Below, in pieces: positions 1 to 11,209 of a stretch of 64,000 nucleotides of DNA. A program made the translations under genes and the position numbers. The stretch spans positions 13,516,001 to 13,580,000 of the forward strand of contig CM059427.1 of assembly GCA_030390025.1 (NCBI GenBank), given 5' to 3'. Positions within the stretch are counted from its first letter, which is position 1; every line of letters starts with the position of its first letter. Under the pieces are notes generated by a model. The model worked only from the letters and a program-made list of their open reading frames with translations. It had not been told where the DNA came from and searched no databases. The DNA comes from Squalus acanthias. Lineage: Eukaryota.

Positions 1-14
1 CCACAAAACAAAAG
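1..14 (+). CDS. 3' end of an upstream exon (candidate exon of the Kunitz/TFPI-like gene)
   Basis: Consensus donor AAAG|GTAAGT at 14/15. Only 14 nt are visible and the frame is unknown (HKTK, PQNK-R or TKQK). Confidence 0.4.
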
Positions 15-122
15 GTAAGTGAGTTCATTCTGAATCATTTCACTTCAAGCTTGTTCCCTTAACAGTTGGTGATTGTTCGAAATAATCTTAAAATATTAAA
101 GCTTAGTCAAGTTTAAGATATT

Positions 123-1068
123 GGCCTGGATTTTGCAGTCAGCAGCGAAGGGACGGCACTTGCCGTTGACCTCTAAAAAAAAGCAGCTGCCAAAGTTTTA
201 GCGGGCTCTCGAGCACAGACTACCTCTTTTTTGATGTCAGTTTGAATTTGGCACCACCAACTGTGGATCTATGGTCCAGCAACAGGGCAGGCAGCAGGCA
301 GGCTGATCAGCCAATCAGAGATGGCAAAGTAGGAAGTAAAAAGCAGGGAATATAAATCACATTTAAATCATTGTACAGAAAGCGAAACAAAGATTGGGAC
401 ATACACATGGGATTAAGGGAGAAACTTAAATATCAGAACCAGGGACCGTGTAGCCTGATTCTGCTCCTATTTCATGTGTGCAATTCTGTTAGATACAGGA
501 GATGGTTCTGTGATAGATAGTAGATTGGCGGTTAGGATCAGATCAGCCATGATCTTATTGAATGGCGGAGCAGGCTCGAGGGGCCGATTGGCCTACTCCT
601 GCTCCTATTTCTTATGTTCTTATGTTCTTAACACAAACTTTAAAAATATATATATTTTTTAAAAATTCTGCAATTTTTAAATGTTCTTCAGAGGGAATGA
701 GACTCCACACTTGTAAAATTAGTTTTTCAGGGCCAGAGAGGTTGTTCAGCAGCAATTATGACTTAGTATGCCGCTAAAAACTCAGTTACTCCTGACTGAA
801 CCAGGTTTAACTTTTTCATTGGTCCTTACAGTGAGAATAATACGTAAATAGTTGAAGTTCATGACAAATCAGTGATTTCTATTTTGATTCCATCTGCGAA
901 GACTGCAACCGCACACCCTGTGGAGGAGCAAGGTATCACTGACAGCCACTTCCGGATTTCCACGTTTAACTGCACATGTGCGGACGCCAGAAGTTGCTGT
1001 CAGTTTTACAGAGTAATAACGGTGAGTGCTGACAGCCTCACCGTTATTGCTACTGAAAATTCTGGGCC
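123..1068 (+). mobile_element. Non-autonomous Harbinger/PIF-like MITE, interrupted by a CR1 3' end
   Basis: Imperfect TIRs GGCCTGGATTTTGC ... GAAAATTCTGGGCC. A homologous reverse copy is split across 28862-29900 and 38337-38560. Confidence 0.65.
527..630 (+). mobile_element. CR1 LINE 3' UTR/tail fragment
   Basis: GATCAGCCATGATCTTATTGAATGGCGGAGCAGGCTCGAGGGGCC...(TTCTTATG)n tail, matching the CR1 3' ends at 37286-37437 and 44341. Confidence 0.85.
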
Positions 1069-1129
1069 AATGCATCAAAGTTACATTCCTAAAATATTCT
1101 ACATTTACATTTTTTTGTTTAGGTTATAG

Positions 1130-1302
1130 GAAAGAAAGAACTTGCATTTATATAGCACCTTTCATTATCTCAGGATGTCTTAAAAGCGCTTTACAGTCAA
1201 TTAAGTACTTTTAAAGTGCAATCATTGTTATAATGTAAGAAAGACAGCAGCCAATTTGCACACAGCAAGGTCCCAATGAGATAAATGACCAGATAATCTG
1301 TT
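1130..1302 (-). mobile_element. Deu-SINE 3' tail fragment
   Basis: GAAAGAAAGAACTTGCATTTATATAGCACCTTTC...AGCGCTTTACAG, homologous to 56432-56620. Confidence 0.75.
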
Positions 1303-2233
1303 ATACATATAGCTGATGAAGGTAATGAGTTGAACCAAACCATAAAGTTGTCCCAATCTTAGTAGCATTTGCAACTGCTTTTCTCAGGACTGATTCCATG
1401 ATTGGGTACCCCCATTGAGGAGTGATGCTTGCTGGGAGCATAGGTCAAGGAATGGTGGGCCTGCACACCATAGTTTACCATCATTCATTTTAATGGACAG
1501 AAAAACATGGTTTGAGGGCCTGCAATTTTCTAAGCTGCACTCTCTGCAAACGTTACTCTTCATTGAAGAACAGCCCTCTTAGTAACATTTTTATTTTAAG
1601 CACTGTTCACAATTTGTAACCAAATTGTTTCTGTTGCTTTATTATTTACGTGAGAGATCAACATTTCCAATCGAAAATGCTGATCTCTCACACAAATTAA
1701 AAATTGCAGGTGAAACAAAATGACAAAGTGAAATTTCTTTGAGTTGTGCCAGCACCTAGATTTATAGCCCCGATTTGAACTCAAGGCAGGAATTGGGCAG
1801 GCGGGGATTGAAGCGGATGGCAAGCCGTCCTGCTCACGGCAGCATGAGGCCCGAGCAATTTTAACTCCTGTCCATCCGAAATCGGCGGGAAGTGGCTGGT
1901 GGGCGGGAGTGCAATGTAAAGTGGCAGGAGGCCGCTGCCGGGGACCAAAGGAACGGTCCCTGCTACTCAGGTAGGTCGCTGGGTGGGGATTTCGGAAGGC
2001 TTCGAGATTGGGGTGAACAGGGTGCCATGTCCCAGTCATGGACATGGAAATCTCCCCCTTCCCTCGGAAAGCCCAGCAGGGTCAGTAGCAGTCTTCTGAC
2101 CCCCCCCTGCCCCCTGTCTTGTGCACCTCCTAACATTTAGTTATATCATGGCATTGGAGGATATCCAAGGTTAAGTAACCTGTCCTCCTTCAAAGTTTGC
2201 ATCCTAAGAGAAAGAGAGGATAAAATAGACAAT

Positions 2234-2910
2234 GGCCCTGAATTTACGATCGGAGGTTTCCTATGAGTGGATGCCTCCGATCAGAAAAAAAATCTATGAA
2301 CTTACCTAGTGGCCCGGGAAGAATGGCGGCTTGCGCTCCTCGGCCTCTCCGGGTCCGCGCGGGCAGAGCCCCACATATCCCAGGGGTACCTGCGGTTCGC
2401 AGACGTCCTGGGATCACGTGGGCTGGCCCAACCAATGGAAGAAGGGAATCCCCATTCTATCTTTTGACCGTTCTGTACGTATGGAACTGTCAAAAGTATG
2501 AATGGGGATCACCTAAAAAATACACCAACACATTAAATATATATTTTTTAAATTACATATTTAAAATTAATTAAAATGCCATTTAATTAAATATTTTAAA
2601 CAAAAATCTAATTTTTTGAAAAAAAATTGAATGTTTTTACGGGGCTAAATATAAACTTACCTTTTTGAAGCGTATTTTTAATTTATAAATGAGTTATCAA
2701 ACTTCATTTTTCTATTTTTTAAAACTCTTATGCTGGTAAAAGCAAGCCATATGTCTGCTTTTACCAGGCGTAAGAATTTGACAGTCATTCAGCGGGCGGA
2801 AGTTGTGCAAAAAGCGCAACTCTCCACCCGCAGAGGCACGTTTCTTGGGCATTCGGATGATCTGTCAAGAGCACCTCGTACGCACCCGTAGGGGTTGCAA
2901 AATCCGACCC
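2234..2910 (+). mobile_element. Harbinger-type MITE (family also at 60908-61586)
   Basis: AAT on both flanks (2231-2233, 2911-2913), GG-start imperfect TIRs and an AT-rich core. Colinear with 60908-61586. Confidence 0.8.
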
Positions 2911-3365
2911 AATGTACCAGAAATACCTCACAACAAGAGAAAACAGGATCAGACACAGTTAGTGCTGCAATGACATGATACACACTATCAATTACATAAT
3001 TATGCTGCCCTTTGTGTAAAGATGTGGCTGTGCATTTTGTACACAGTTTTCCTTTTTGATACCATCGCCTTGAAAGCAATAATGTAACTCAGTCAGAACC
3101 AACCTAACAATTATGTTCTTGTCTGACACAACATTGAGAGTTGGGTGGGGCCCAAAACATTTCCAAAGCAAATGTTATACAAAAGCAAACTAAATTTTGT
3201 GCCAAGAATTTTGAAGTTAAGAACAATAATTGTGCATTTCATCAATTTAAAAGGTGCTGCTCTTAATTGCCTGGTATCGTTCAGTTGAAAGATATGAGGA
3301 TATTGTACCACCAGTGGTGGCACGCATTCAGCAGGAAGAATCAGGATTCAGGGTAGAGATTGTGC

Positions 3366-4600
3366 TCACCTTTTGTTTATTTGTTCTCGGGATGTGACGA
3401 GGCTATATTTATTGCCCATCTTTAGTTGGCCTAAGAAAGTGGTGGTAGGCATTCTCCTTGAACTGCAGACCTTATGGTGACGGTGCACCCACAATGCTGT
3501 TAGGAAGTTCCAGGATATTGACCCAGCTATAATAAGGGAATGCTTAAGATGCTGTGTGATTTGGAGGGGATCTTGTAGGTGATGGTGCTCCCATGACATT
3601 GCTCCTCTTGTCCTTCTCTGTGTTGAAGGTCACAAGAAAGGAAGGTGCTGTCAATGTAACCACGGTAAGTTGCTACAGTGCATCTTGTAAATACTGCAGC
3701 CACAGCACGTTGGTGATGGAGGGGTTAGATATTGAATCCAGTGACAAGAAATCTGATCAAGCAAACTGCATTGTCCTGGATGATGTCGAGCTTCATCAGT
3801 GTTGTTACGACTGAACTCATCCAGGCCAGTGGTTAGTATTCTGTCACTTCAGCCTTATAGATGGGGAGAGGCTTTGAGGGCTTTTGAGGTGAGCCACGCA
3901 TTGCAGAATACTCAGCCTCTGCTTTGATATGGATGGTCTAGTTAAGCTTCTGGTCAGTGGTGGCCCCCAAGATGTTGATGGTGGGGAACTCAGTGATGAT
4001 GGTGCCATTGAAGGTCAGCGAGATGGCTGGGCTTTCTCTTATTTGAGATGGTCATCACTTGGCACTTATGTGACATGAATGTTACCTGCCATTTGTCAAC
4101 CCAAGGCCTGCTGTAATCCACTTACTGCATAGACCACTTCATTATCAGAGGACCTGAACACTGTGGAATCATCAGCAAACAGCATCACTCTTGACTTCAT
4201 TGATGAGGCAGCTGAAGGTGGTTGGACCGAGGGCACTTTCCTGAGGAACTCCTGTAATGATGTCCTGGGGCTGCAACATTTGGCCTCTGATAACTATAAC
4301 TATCTTCCTTTGTGTCAGGTATGACTCCAACCACTGGAAGGTTTTCTCTTTTAATCCCATTAACCTTAGTTTTGCTAGGGCTCCTTGGTGCCATACTTGA
4401 TGTCAGGGGGCAGCTACTCTCATGTCTGGATCAAGCCTTTGATGAAGTCTGGAGCCAAGTAGTTCTGGCAGAACCCAAACTGAAAAGTGATGAACAGATT
4501 ATTGGTGATGGTGTTGTTGATTGCTCTTTCCATCACTTTACTGATGATTCGGAGGAAGCTGATGGGGCAGTAATTGGCTGGGTTCGAGTTATCCTGTTTT
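3366..4600 (-). mobile_element. Degenerate CR1-clade LINE 3' part (family of 32529-33781)
   Basis: RT remnant GVPQESALGPTTFSCLIN. The 3' end matches 32529-32800. Confidence 0.8.
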
Positions 4601-4740
4601 CTGAGTTGCCAGTTTCATAGCTGTACTTGATCTCCTCCTATCAGCTTCTGGTTGGGTGATATTCAGGGATAGTAATAGCTTATTTTAAATATTATAATTA
4701 TATTGAACCATATTTAAATGAGTATGTGTGCAATTTTCTG

Positions 4741-4766
4741 ATATATATATATATATATATATATAT
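4741..4766. repeat. (AT)n microsatellite
   Basis: About 13 AT units. Confidence 0.95.
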
Positions 4767-5027
4767 GTGATGTGCATTCAGCCTGCTCATATAAACCAGA
4801 CACTCTTCCAAGTTGATAGATTGCCTGTTGACAGGAAGCCAACATCTATGATATCATTTTAAAAAAAATAGATTTTTGGAGCCTGCAGGAGAGCAACGTT
4901 ATTTTATTTTTTTATTTTCAAACTGTTTGTGCCAAGAGTTTCGGCACTGCCACTTTCAGTTGGCGTGAATTACATTAGCACCATGGCTATTCCTATAGAA
5001 AGACTTTTATATTTATATGATTTGAAG

Positions 5028-5125
5028 GCAGAAGAAGAGTAGCAAAGGAGGGATGTCAGGTCGGTCAGTTAGCACCAGAGGCAGACAATCCACTTCCAAC
5101 GTTACCCTTGATCCCGGATCTATAG
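5028..5125 (+). CDS. Candidate K2-K3 linker exon of the TFPI-like gene
   Basis: T-rich acceptor (AAG at 5027 or CAG at 5031). Open frame QKKSSKGGMSGRSVSTRGRQSTSNVTLDPGSI with an NVT sequon. The phase-1 donor G|GTAAAG joins in frame to the Kunitz exon (I-V-LRSNLP). Confidence 0.4.
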
Positions 5126-6234
5126 GTAAAGGCACTGCCGAGAAAACATGCTTCCGCTAGTTAATAGATGTTTCTTGTGAAGGGAAAACATTTTCAGAGA
5201 AGGAAAGGAGTAAGAAAAAGAAATGACCTTTGAATGAACTCCTGCCATATACGTGTTTTATTTGGGCAGAGGGAGCACTGAAATCTGTCTGAAAGTTATC
5301 CTCAGTTTTGATTGAAGACTGGTGTGCTTGGCAGCCACAGCAGTGGGAGAGGCTGCAGAAACAGATCAGTGTTTGGTCAATAAATTCAAACATATGAGAG
5401 GCCGGTTTAGCCTAACCCATCGGGCAGGAAATGGGCAAGTTCGTGTCGGAGGCCTGTTTTACACCCCACCCGGGTTACTCTCCCTTGACTTACCCCTGTG
5501 GAATCGGAGAGAAAAATCTACAGAGGTTTTGTCTGAGTAGCAATAATGGACTACGTATGCACTGTCCAGCAAGTAGATAAGCCAGATGATTGATGGCCTC
5601 CACTAGTGATCCTGTCCTTCAGTTGTCCTATCACTTTGGCAAGACAGTGGACATGTATGTCCATTATTAACTTAACTAATGCACAATGTGCTTGCCACAG
5701 CATTTCTGGAGCTAACCATATGGACTTACTGTTTATTCAGCAGTGAGGGGTAGTCAGTGATTTCTACAGAGGTGGGACAATTTAGGAATGGAAGTATCTG
5801 TAAATAGATTACTGAGTGTAACAAAAGTACTTAGAAATAAATAATTTTATAAATTCAAACTGGAGACAATGTCCTTTCTTGTGCTTGAGATTTCAATCAA
5901 TATAGGTCTGAAAACACCCTGAGAAAGAGATACTGCTGTTTTAATGACAATTAAACCTTAATTAGCAAGCCACCTGTTTTAATCAGTCTGAAAGATGTTT
6001 GTGGCTATACCGCATCAGATTACACACACTGCGCCATTCATAAAGGGAATCATTGCTGCTGTCAACTTTCTAATGATAGAAAGTCTTTTCTAATTTTAGA
6101 AATTTCAACCATTCAGAGGCCACCAAGCACAGCTCTATACTTGTGTCTAATTACACCTTGTGTAGAACAGTGCTTTCCCCAGTTTCAAACTAGAGCGCGG
6201 TGATACTGGAACTCCATCCTGTTCAATTGCGCTA

Positions 6235-6851
6235 CAGACCCCATCACTCACACCATCTCCGCTTATCCCGGGCGGCCGCCTATATCGGGTAAATGGCGCT
6301 GACCGTAGGCAGCGATTACAAAGGCAAAACATAATAATCACGCTGAGTGTTATGGGCAGTTCAGGCAGAATAATTTTTTGCCTCAGCTGTTTGCACCTTG
6401 TTAAAGTGTGAATACCATCAAGACCTTTCATGGTTCTTGGTGACCCTTTCACGATTACATTATTTAAGGAGAAGAGAAGAAAATGACTGTCATTGGAACT
6501 GCTTGTACTCATTCCCTTCCCTTCCCCCCGGGCTCCACCACTTTCACTGTTCCCCCACCCAGGACCTCTAGAGCCCCCGCGAGCCCTTGTTACCGGCTTG
6601 TTAAGTTCCTCGTCGTTGCGGGGATGATGCACGACTTCTTGTTGTCTCGTGTTGCGTTACCCACCAGCTTCGGGATCTCGGCCATCATGCACTCGAGGAT
6701 TCCCACCCCGAAACTTTATCACAGGCTTTGGAAGGAGGAGAGTACTCTGTTGCACCAAACTACTCTTTTTAAATTCCTTGGTTACCGTGTCCGCTATGTA
6801 TAGCAGACAAATCGCATTGACACCAACACGTTCGCTATAAGCAGTGGGCTG
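6235..6851. mobile_element. Putative non-autonomous Tc1/mariner(pogo)-like DNA element
   Basis: TA|CAG ... CTG|TA termini, with subterminal CCGCTTAT/GCCTATATCGG and CCGCTAT/CGCTATAAGC motifs. The TIR match is imperfect. Confidence 0.4.
6597..6700 (-). pseudogene. Histone H2A gene fragment (frameshifted)
   Basis: The minus strand reads ILECMMAEIPKLVGNATRDNKKSCIIP/RNDEELNK versus H2A [27 protein letters not shown](RHLQLAI)RNDEELNK. There is an internal deletion of about 22 nt. Confidence 0.9.
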
Positions 6852-8089
6852 TATTAAAATAGTACTGGTATCATGCCTGTACTAACAGTAAAACTGAAGC
6901 AAACAATGCCTCATTTGCCCACTGGAGTGGTTTTAACTGAATTCTAAGTGAATTTTATTCGTCATATATCTATCAACTAATTTTGTTATAATCCCTTGTT
7001 CTGAAACTTTCTAGCATCCAGTCCATGCATGAAGCACAGTTAGCACCAATTGGAGTTAGCACTGGGGTTAGCAATGGGAAAGAAGATCAGGCAAGGTGAA
7101 AACACGCTGCTGATTCACTATCACCTGTTTTTTGCCCTGTGATTAACGTTAAGATTATCCCCAGTGTGTTATGACCAAGTGAGGTAATCTGTGGTTGAGG
7201 TTATACTCAGGTTATGAGTGAATGAGGTAAGCGGAAAATAACACAGTTCAAAACAAGATGACATGTTTTCTCTGCAGATGTTGTGGTTTCTATGGTTACT
7301 CATAATATATAAACAGAAATCTATTTTTTGCGAATAATCCTTTTGGCTGGTTTTATCCCCCCACCTCGTCGCCAGAAAATAAATGTGTGCACAATTCGTA
7401 CATCTTCCTATGCTGTTTCCTGTTGTTTTCACATCTTCACACACTTCTCCTTGGACAATAGTGTGAAATAGTGGATGGATTCGCAGGCTGATTAACATTC
7501 TGATGGGTCACAATGTAAACGCTTCTTCCATGGCCATAACCATCTTTATACCAGCTGAAAGGGTGGTTAGTCCTATAAGGTAGGAGGGATTTATGGGCTA
7601 TGCTGGTGGTTGTATTTTATTAGTACATTAAAGAGGTGATTCTGTGATCCCGCACTCCCAGCGGGGAGTCATGCTTACAGTGAAGGTGGGACACAACACC
7701 GTAGCCTTGATTCTCCAATCCGTGCTCCCTGCAAGTGCAACTCCCCATTGAGAGCATGGAATCACCCCTTAAATTTCCATATATAGTTTGCCTACTATCT
7801 AGTGACACCACCCCAGTATGTGTGATTTCAGCTCCCCTCTAAATGGTACAGTATTTCAAAGTCTCCACAAAATTACAATTAGGAGTCTCTGCAATAAGTT
7901 TACTTTATATTGCTGCCATTGCAATAGGAAATGTACTATGTACCATGGGGTGGGGGGGAGACAGCTACAGTGATACCTGTAATGGTACCATATATGGCTG
8001 CCAGACATGTAAGTGATCGTAACAGGAATCCACTGCTCTGGCTCCTCTTTCTGTTGCAATGCTTTAAACGCTGCTGTTAGCTTTCATGT

Positions 8090-10072
8090 GAGCTGGCAAG
8101 AGAGCTGAGGATTTGCGGAATCTGACGGGTGATATATTGTGGAATGAATCCCTATGTTCAGGCAAGCCTGGCGTGCAAGCAGGCTGACAGTGGCGATGTC
8201 AGCACCTCTTAAAGGGACACACACATCATTCAGGCCAAGTTTGGATTTAAGCTTTTGGACTGGCTTTTCTTGATTTTATTGAAGTAGTGACTTGCTGCAA
8301 TAGATGTTAAAATTATTTAAGTGTGCAGGGAGTGCTGCTGGATGCTTGAAAGGCCTTGGATGTTAAAGGAAGGCCTCTGAGAAGACAGAAAATGCTGCAA
8401 ATACTCAACAGGTCAGGCAACATCTGTGGAGGGAGAAACAGAGTTCATGTCTCAGGTCGAGATGCTGCCTGAGCTGCTGAGTACTCCCAGCATTTTATGC
8501 TGGCATTTCAGATTTACAGCATCCACTCACAGAGGGAAGAGGAAGACACAGAAGAGGAAGAAGCCAAAGAGGAGGAAGCAGACGGAAAGATGCATCCCAG
8601 TCAGCCCCTTTCTGGCCGGGATATCCGGGATGGAATCATCTGCCTGCAGTCCCAGTGATCACAACCTCAATTCCCCTTTCAGCATTAGTCCCACACCTTA
8701 CCTTCCCTCTGTTACTGACCATCACAGCAACCTCTTGGCCATGATGCTGAAATAAAAGCCACCACGAAGCAAACCTTCCAATTCAACTTTATACATCTAG
8801 CCATCCAATATGACATCAAGAAATCAACTTATCACCCTTATGCATTCTCTTAGTGAGTGTCTTGTGTCTGCCTTTGCCTATCCTACTGATGTCACGCAGT
8901 GCTACCCCAGTGGCTGGTGGAAGGCTGCTGACCTTCAGTGGAGGACACTGCAAATGGCCTTGCTGGTTGACCTTGAGGAGCTGGTGGCTGGGAGTGTCAT
9001 ATTAATCTTCTTCTTGTTCTTCTTCACTCTCCTCTCCCTCTTCTGGCTGGGCAGGCTGCATTTCTTTGGTGTATGAAATGAGGAAGGCACAAGGGTGGAG
9101 TTGTGATGAGGGGAGGGTGGGAAAGCAAGAGGTGCATGCCAGAAGGAGGATAACGTATGAGGATACCAGCATCTTGTATCCTTTCTGCCCCGCCGCTGGT
9201 CAAGGGCTCAGCCATGCCCCTGCCAAGAATGGTAAGCACTGTCTCCTCCAAGGGGGTGAGATGAGGCTAGGAATGGGAGATGTGCCTTGTGATTGGTGCA
9301 GATTGTTAGTAGGTGAGTGATTGGGAGTGAGGGCCAGGGATTGATCAGTGTGTGAGGCTAGTGGTGTAGTTGGTAGGAGATGGCATTTGAAGATGCATTC
9401 ACTGACCTTGACCACTGGTCTGAGGCCATGAGGCTTCTTTGGGCACTGGAGCCAGGTGGTGGGGGCGACACTGCTGGCAGTGACGGTCTCGGTGATGTGG
9501 TCCCACATCGTTCTTTCTGGAGGGCCTCCTGGCCCCTGTGGGTAGAGGACCTGCCTTGCAGTGTTGACCCCCTGCACAAAGTTGGAGTGCCCCTTCCCTG
9601 GCTTGCTGAGCCATTTGTGTTAGTGCTGAAGCACTTTTCCCATTTATTGAGGTTCGGAAAGGAATTCAGCTTTAAGAGCTGAATAATCCCATTTGGGACT
9701 TCTTTTTAATGGTAAAAATTTTTTTGAAAGGCAGTAAGGGCTGAAAACTTCATATTTTTAACTGCATTTTAATTTGTATTACTACTGAGTGCATTACCCC
9801 TTTAATTCATAGCCCTTTAATTACCCACAATTCCTTGCAAGCTCCACAGCCTCGCTCCCAGAGACTGTGCGAAGCTGAAACACCACTTCATGATGTGAAC
9901 TTCGCCTCGGAGGTCTCCATTAACGCCACCAGGAGGGCATTGCACGCAAGGTAAGCGCTGCACCACCATTCTCCAGCCGCCCAGATGAATTTACTCGGTT
10001 TAGGGTGGCGGCCATTTTCATCGGCCGTTAACTCCACCGGCAACTTTCGTGGCTAACTTGAATTTTTAGCCC
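8090..10072. mobile_element. Deleted Harbinger element with decayed Myb/SANT ORF (minus, about 9200-9640)
   Basis: Myb-like WDHITETV...TWLQCPKK remnant and a terminal GAATTTTTAGCCC. Colinear with 17878-20090. Confidence 0.75.
8383..8525. mobile_element. Short inverted-repeat Penelope-derived fragment inserted in the Harbinger element
   Basis: CTCAACAGGTCAGGCAACATC and GATGCTGCCTGAGCTGCTGAG in inverted orientation. Same family as 50420-50516. Confidence 0.6.
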
Positions 10073-10074
10073 AA

Positions 10075-10358
10075 GGACTCGGGTACATAGCCTAAAAATT
10101 AGAGCCAGGCCTTTCAGGAGTGAAGTTGGGAAACATTTCTACACACAAAGTTTGGAACTGTCTTCCACAAACGGCAGTTGATGCTGGGTCAATTGTTAAT
10201 TTTAAATCTGGGATTGATGGATTTTTGTTAACCTAAGGTATTAAGGGATATGGGGCAAAGGTGGGTGTCTGGAGTTAGGTCGCAGATCAGCCATGATCTC
10301 ATTGAATGGCGAACAAGCTCGAGGAGCTAAATGGCCTGCTCCTGTTCCTATGTTCCCA
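10075..10358 (+). mobile_element. CR1 3' fragment
   Basis: End of ORF2 and 3' UTR (CAGATCAGCCATGATCTCATTGAATGGCG...CTATGTTC). Confidence 0.85.
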
Positions 10359-11209
10359 TAATGTATTGCCTTCACTCTTCCTCTGTTCAAATTTGGTGAT
10401 GTTCTACACTACGGGCCTTGGCGCTTCACTTTGGTTTCTTAATACAAAAAATAGCTTCCCTATCTTCGTCTGTAAATTTGTAGAACATTTTTGTTCCAAT
10501 ACTGTTGTTAACCATCTCTGCTGTTAATTCAACTCCTTTGACACTCAAGCACCAAATTATGTTATCAGTACTCAATATTTCAAGATATACACCCATTGTT
10601 GGCAATATTAGCTGACAAACACTTCTTTATCGGTTGTGGTAGTGAAGGTTTGCAAGCTGAAACTCACTGGTGATAATTTTCATCTGGCCAGTGAAATGGT
10701 GAAATTTGGTAGGAAGCCACAGCTCTGGGAGGAATTCTCCACTGGTAGATCGCCCGCCTGTTGTAGAACCCACCATGTTTTCAATTCCATTGAAATCACC
10801 CCTTCGGGAAGGAAGTGAGTAGCTTGTTAAATAAACATCTTCAGTTTGGATGGTATGTGAGAATTCATTTCTGATGCCGCATTTAATAATTTAATTTAAA
10901 TGGCATTCATCTGTGGAATGATTACCCAAAACACCAACAGTGTTTAACCAAGCTATTCCACCATTTTATTTACAAGCCCTATCTATCCCTTAATCTCATT
11001 CAAAAAATTCACAGACTTCTTTGTGTAGCCTGTTTGTTAGACTGCATTATAGGCGATTGCAATTGATAACATAAAAAAGGTAAATGAAGGACTAATTTTT
11101 GAAGGAGTACAACTGGAAATGGAAGTGTACTAATGCAAACAAGAGGTGGGGTAGAAAATGGACCTTGTTGTATCCCATTTTACAGGTGTAAAATAGTCAC
11201 AATGCCGGG

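Noticed and set aside
6100-6203. Possible TFPI-beta-like GPI-signal alternative exon (EISTIQRPPSTALYLCLITPCVEQCFPQFQTRAR*)
   Set aside because: Acceptor and phase fit, but the C-terminus is not hydrophobic enough for a GPI signal and there is no other support.
6147-6632. 161-aa ORF
   Set aside because: Only the RNDEELNK peptide is meaningful (H2A remnant); the rest resembles no protein I recognise.
7165-8050. Possible LTR-element remnant starting TGTTATGACC
   Set aside because: No second LTR, PBS, TSD or coding motif could be identified.
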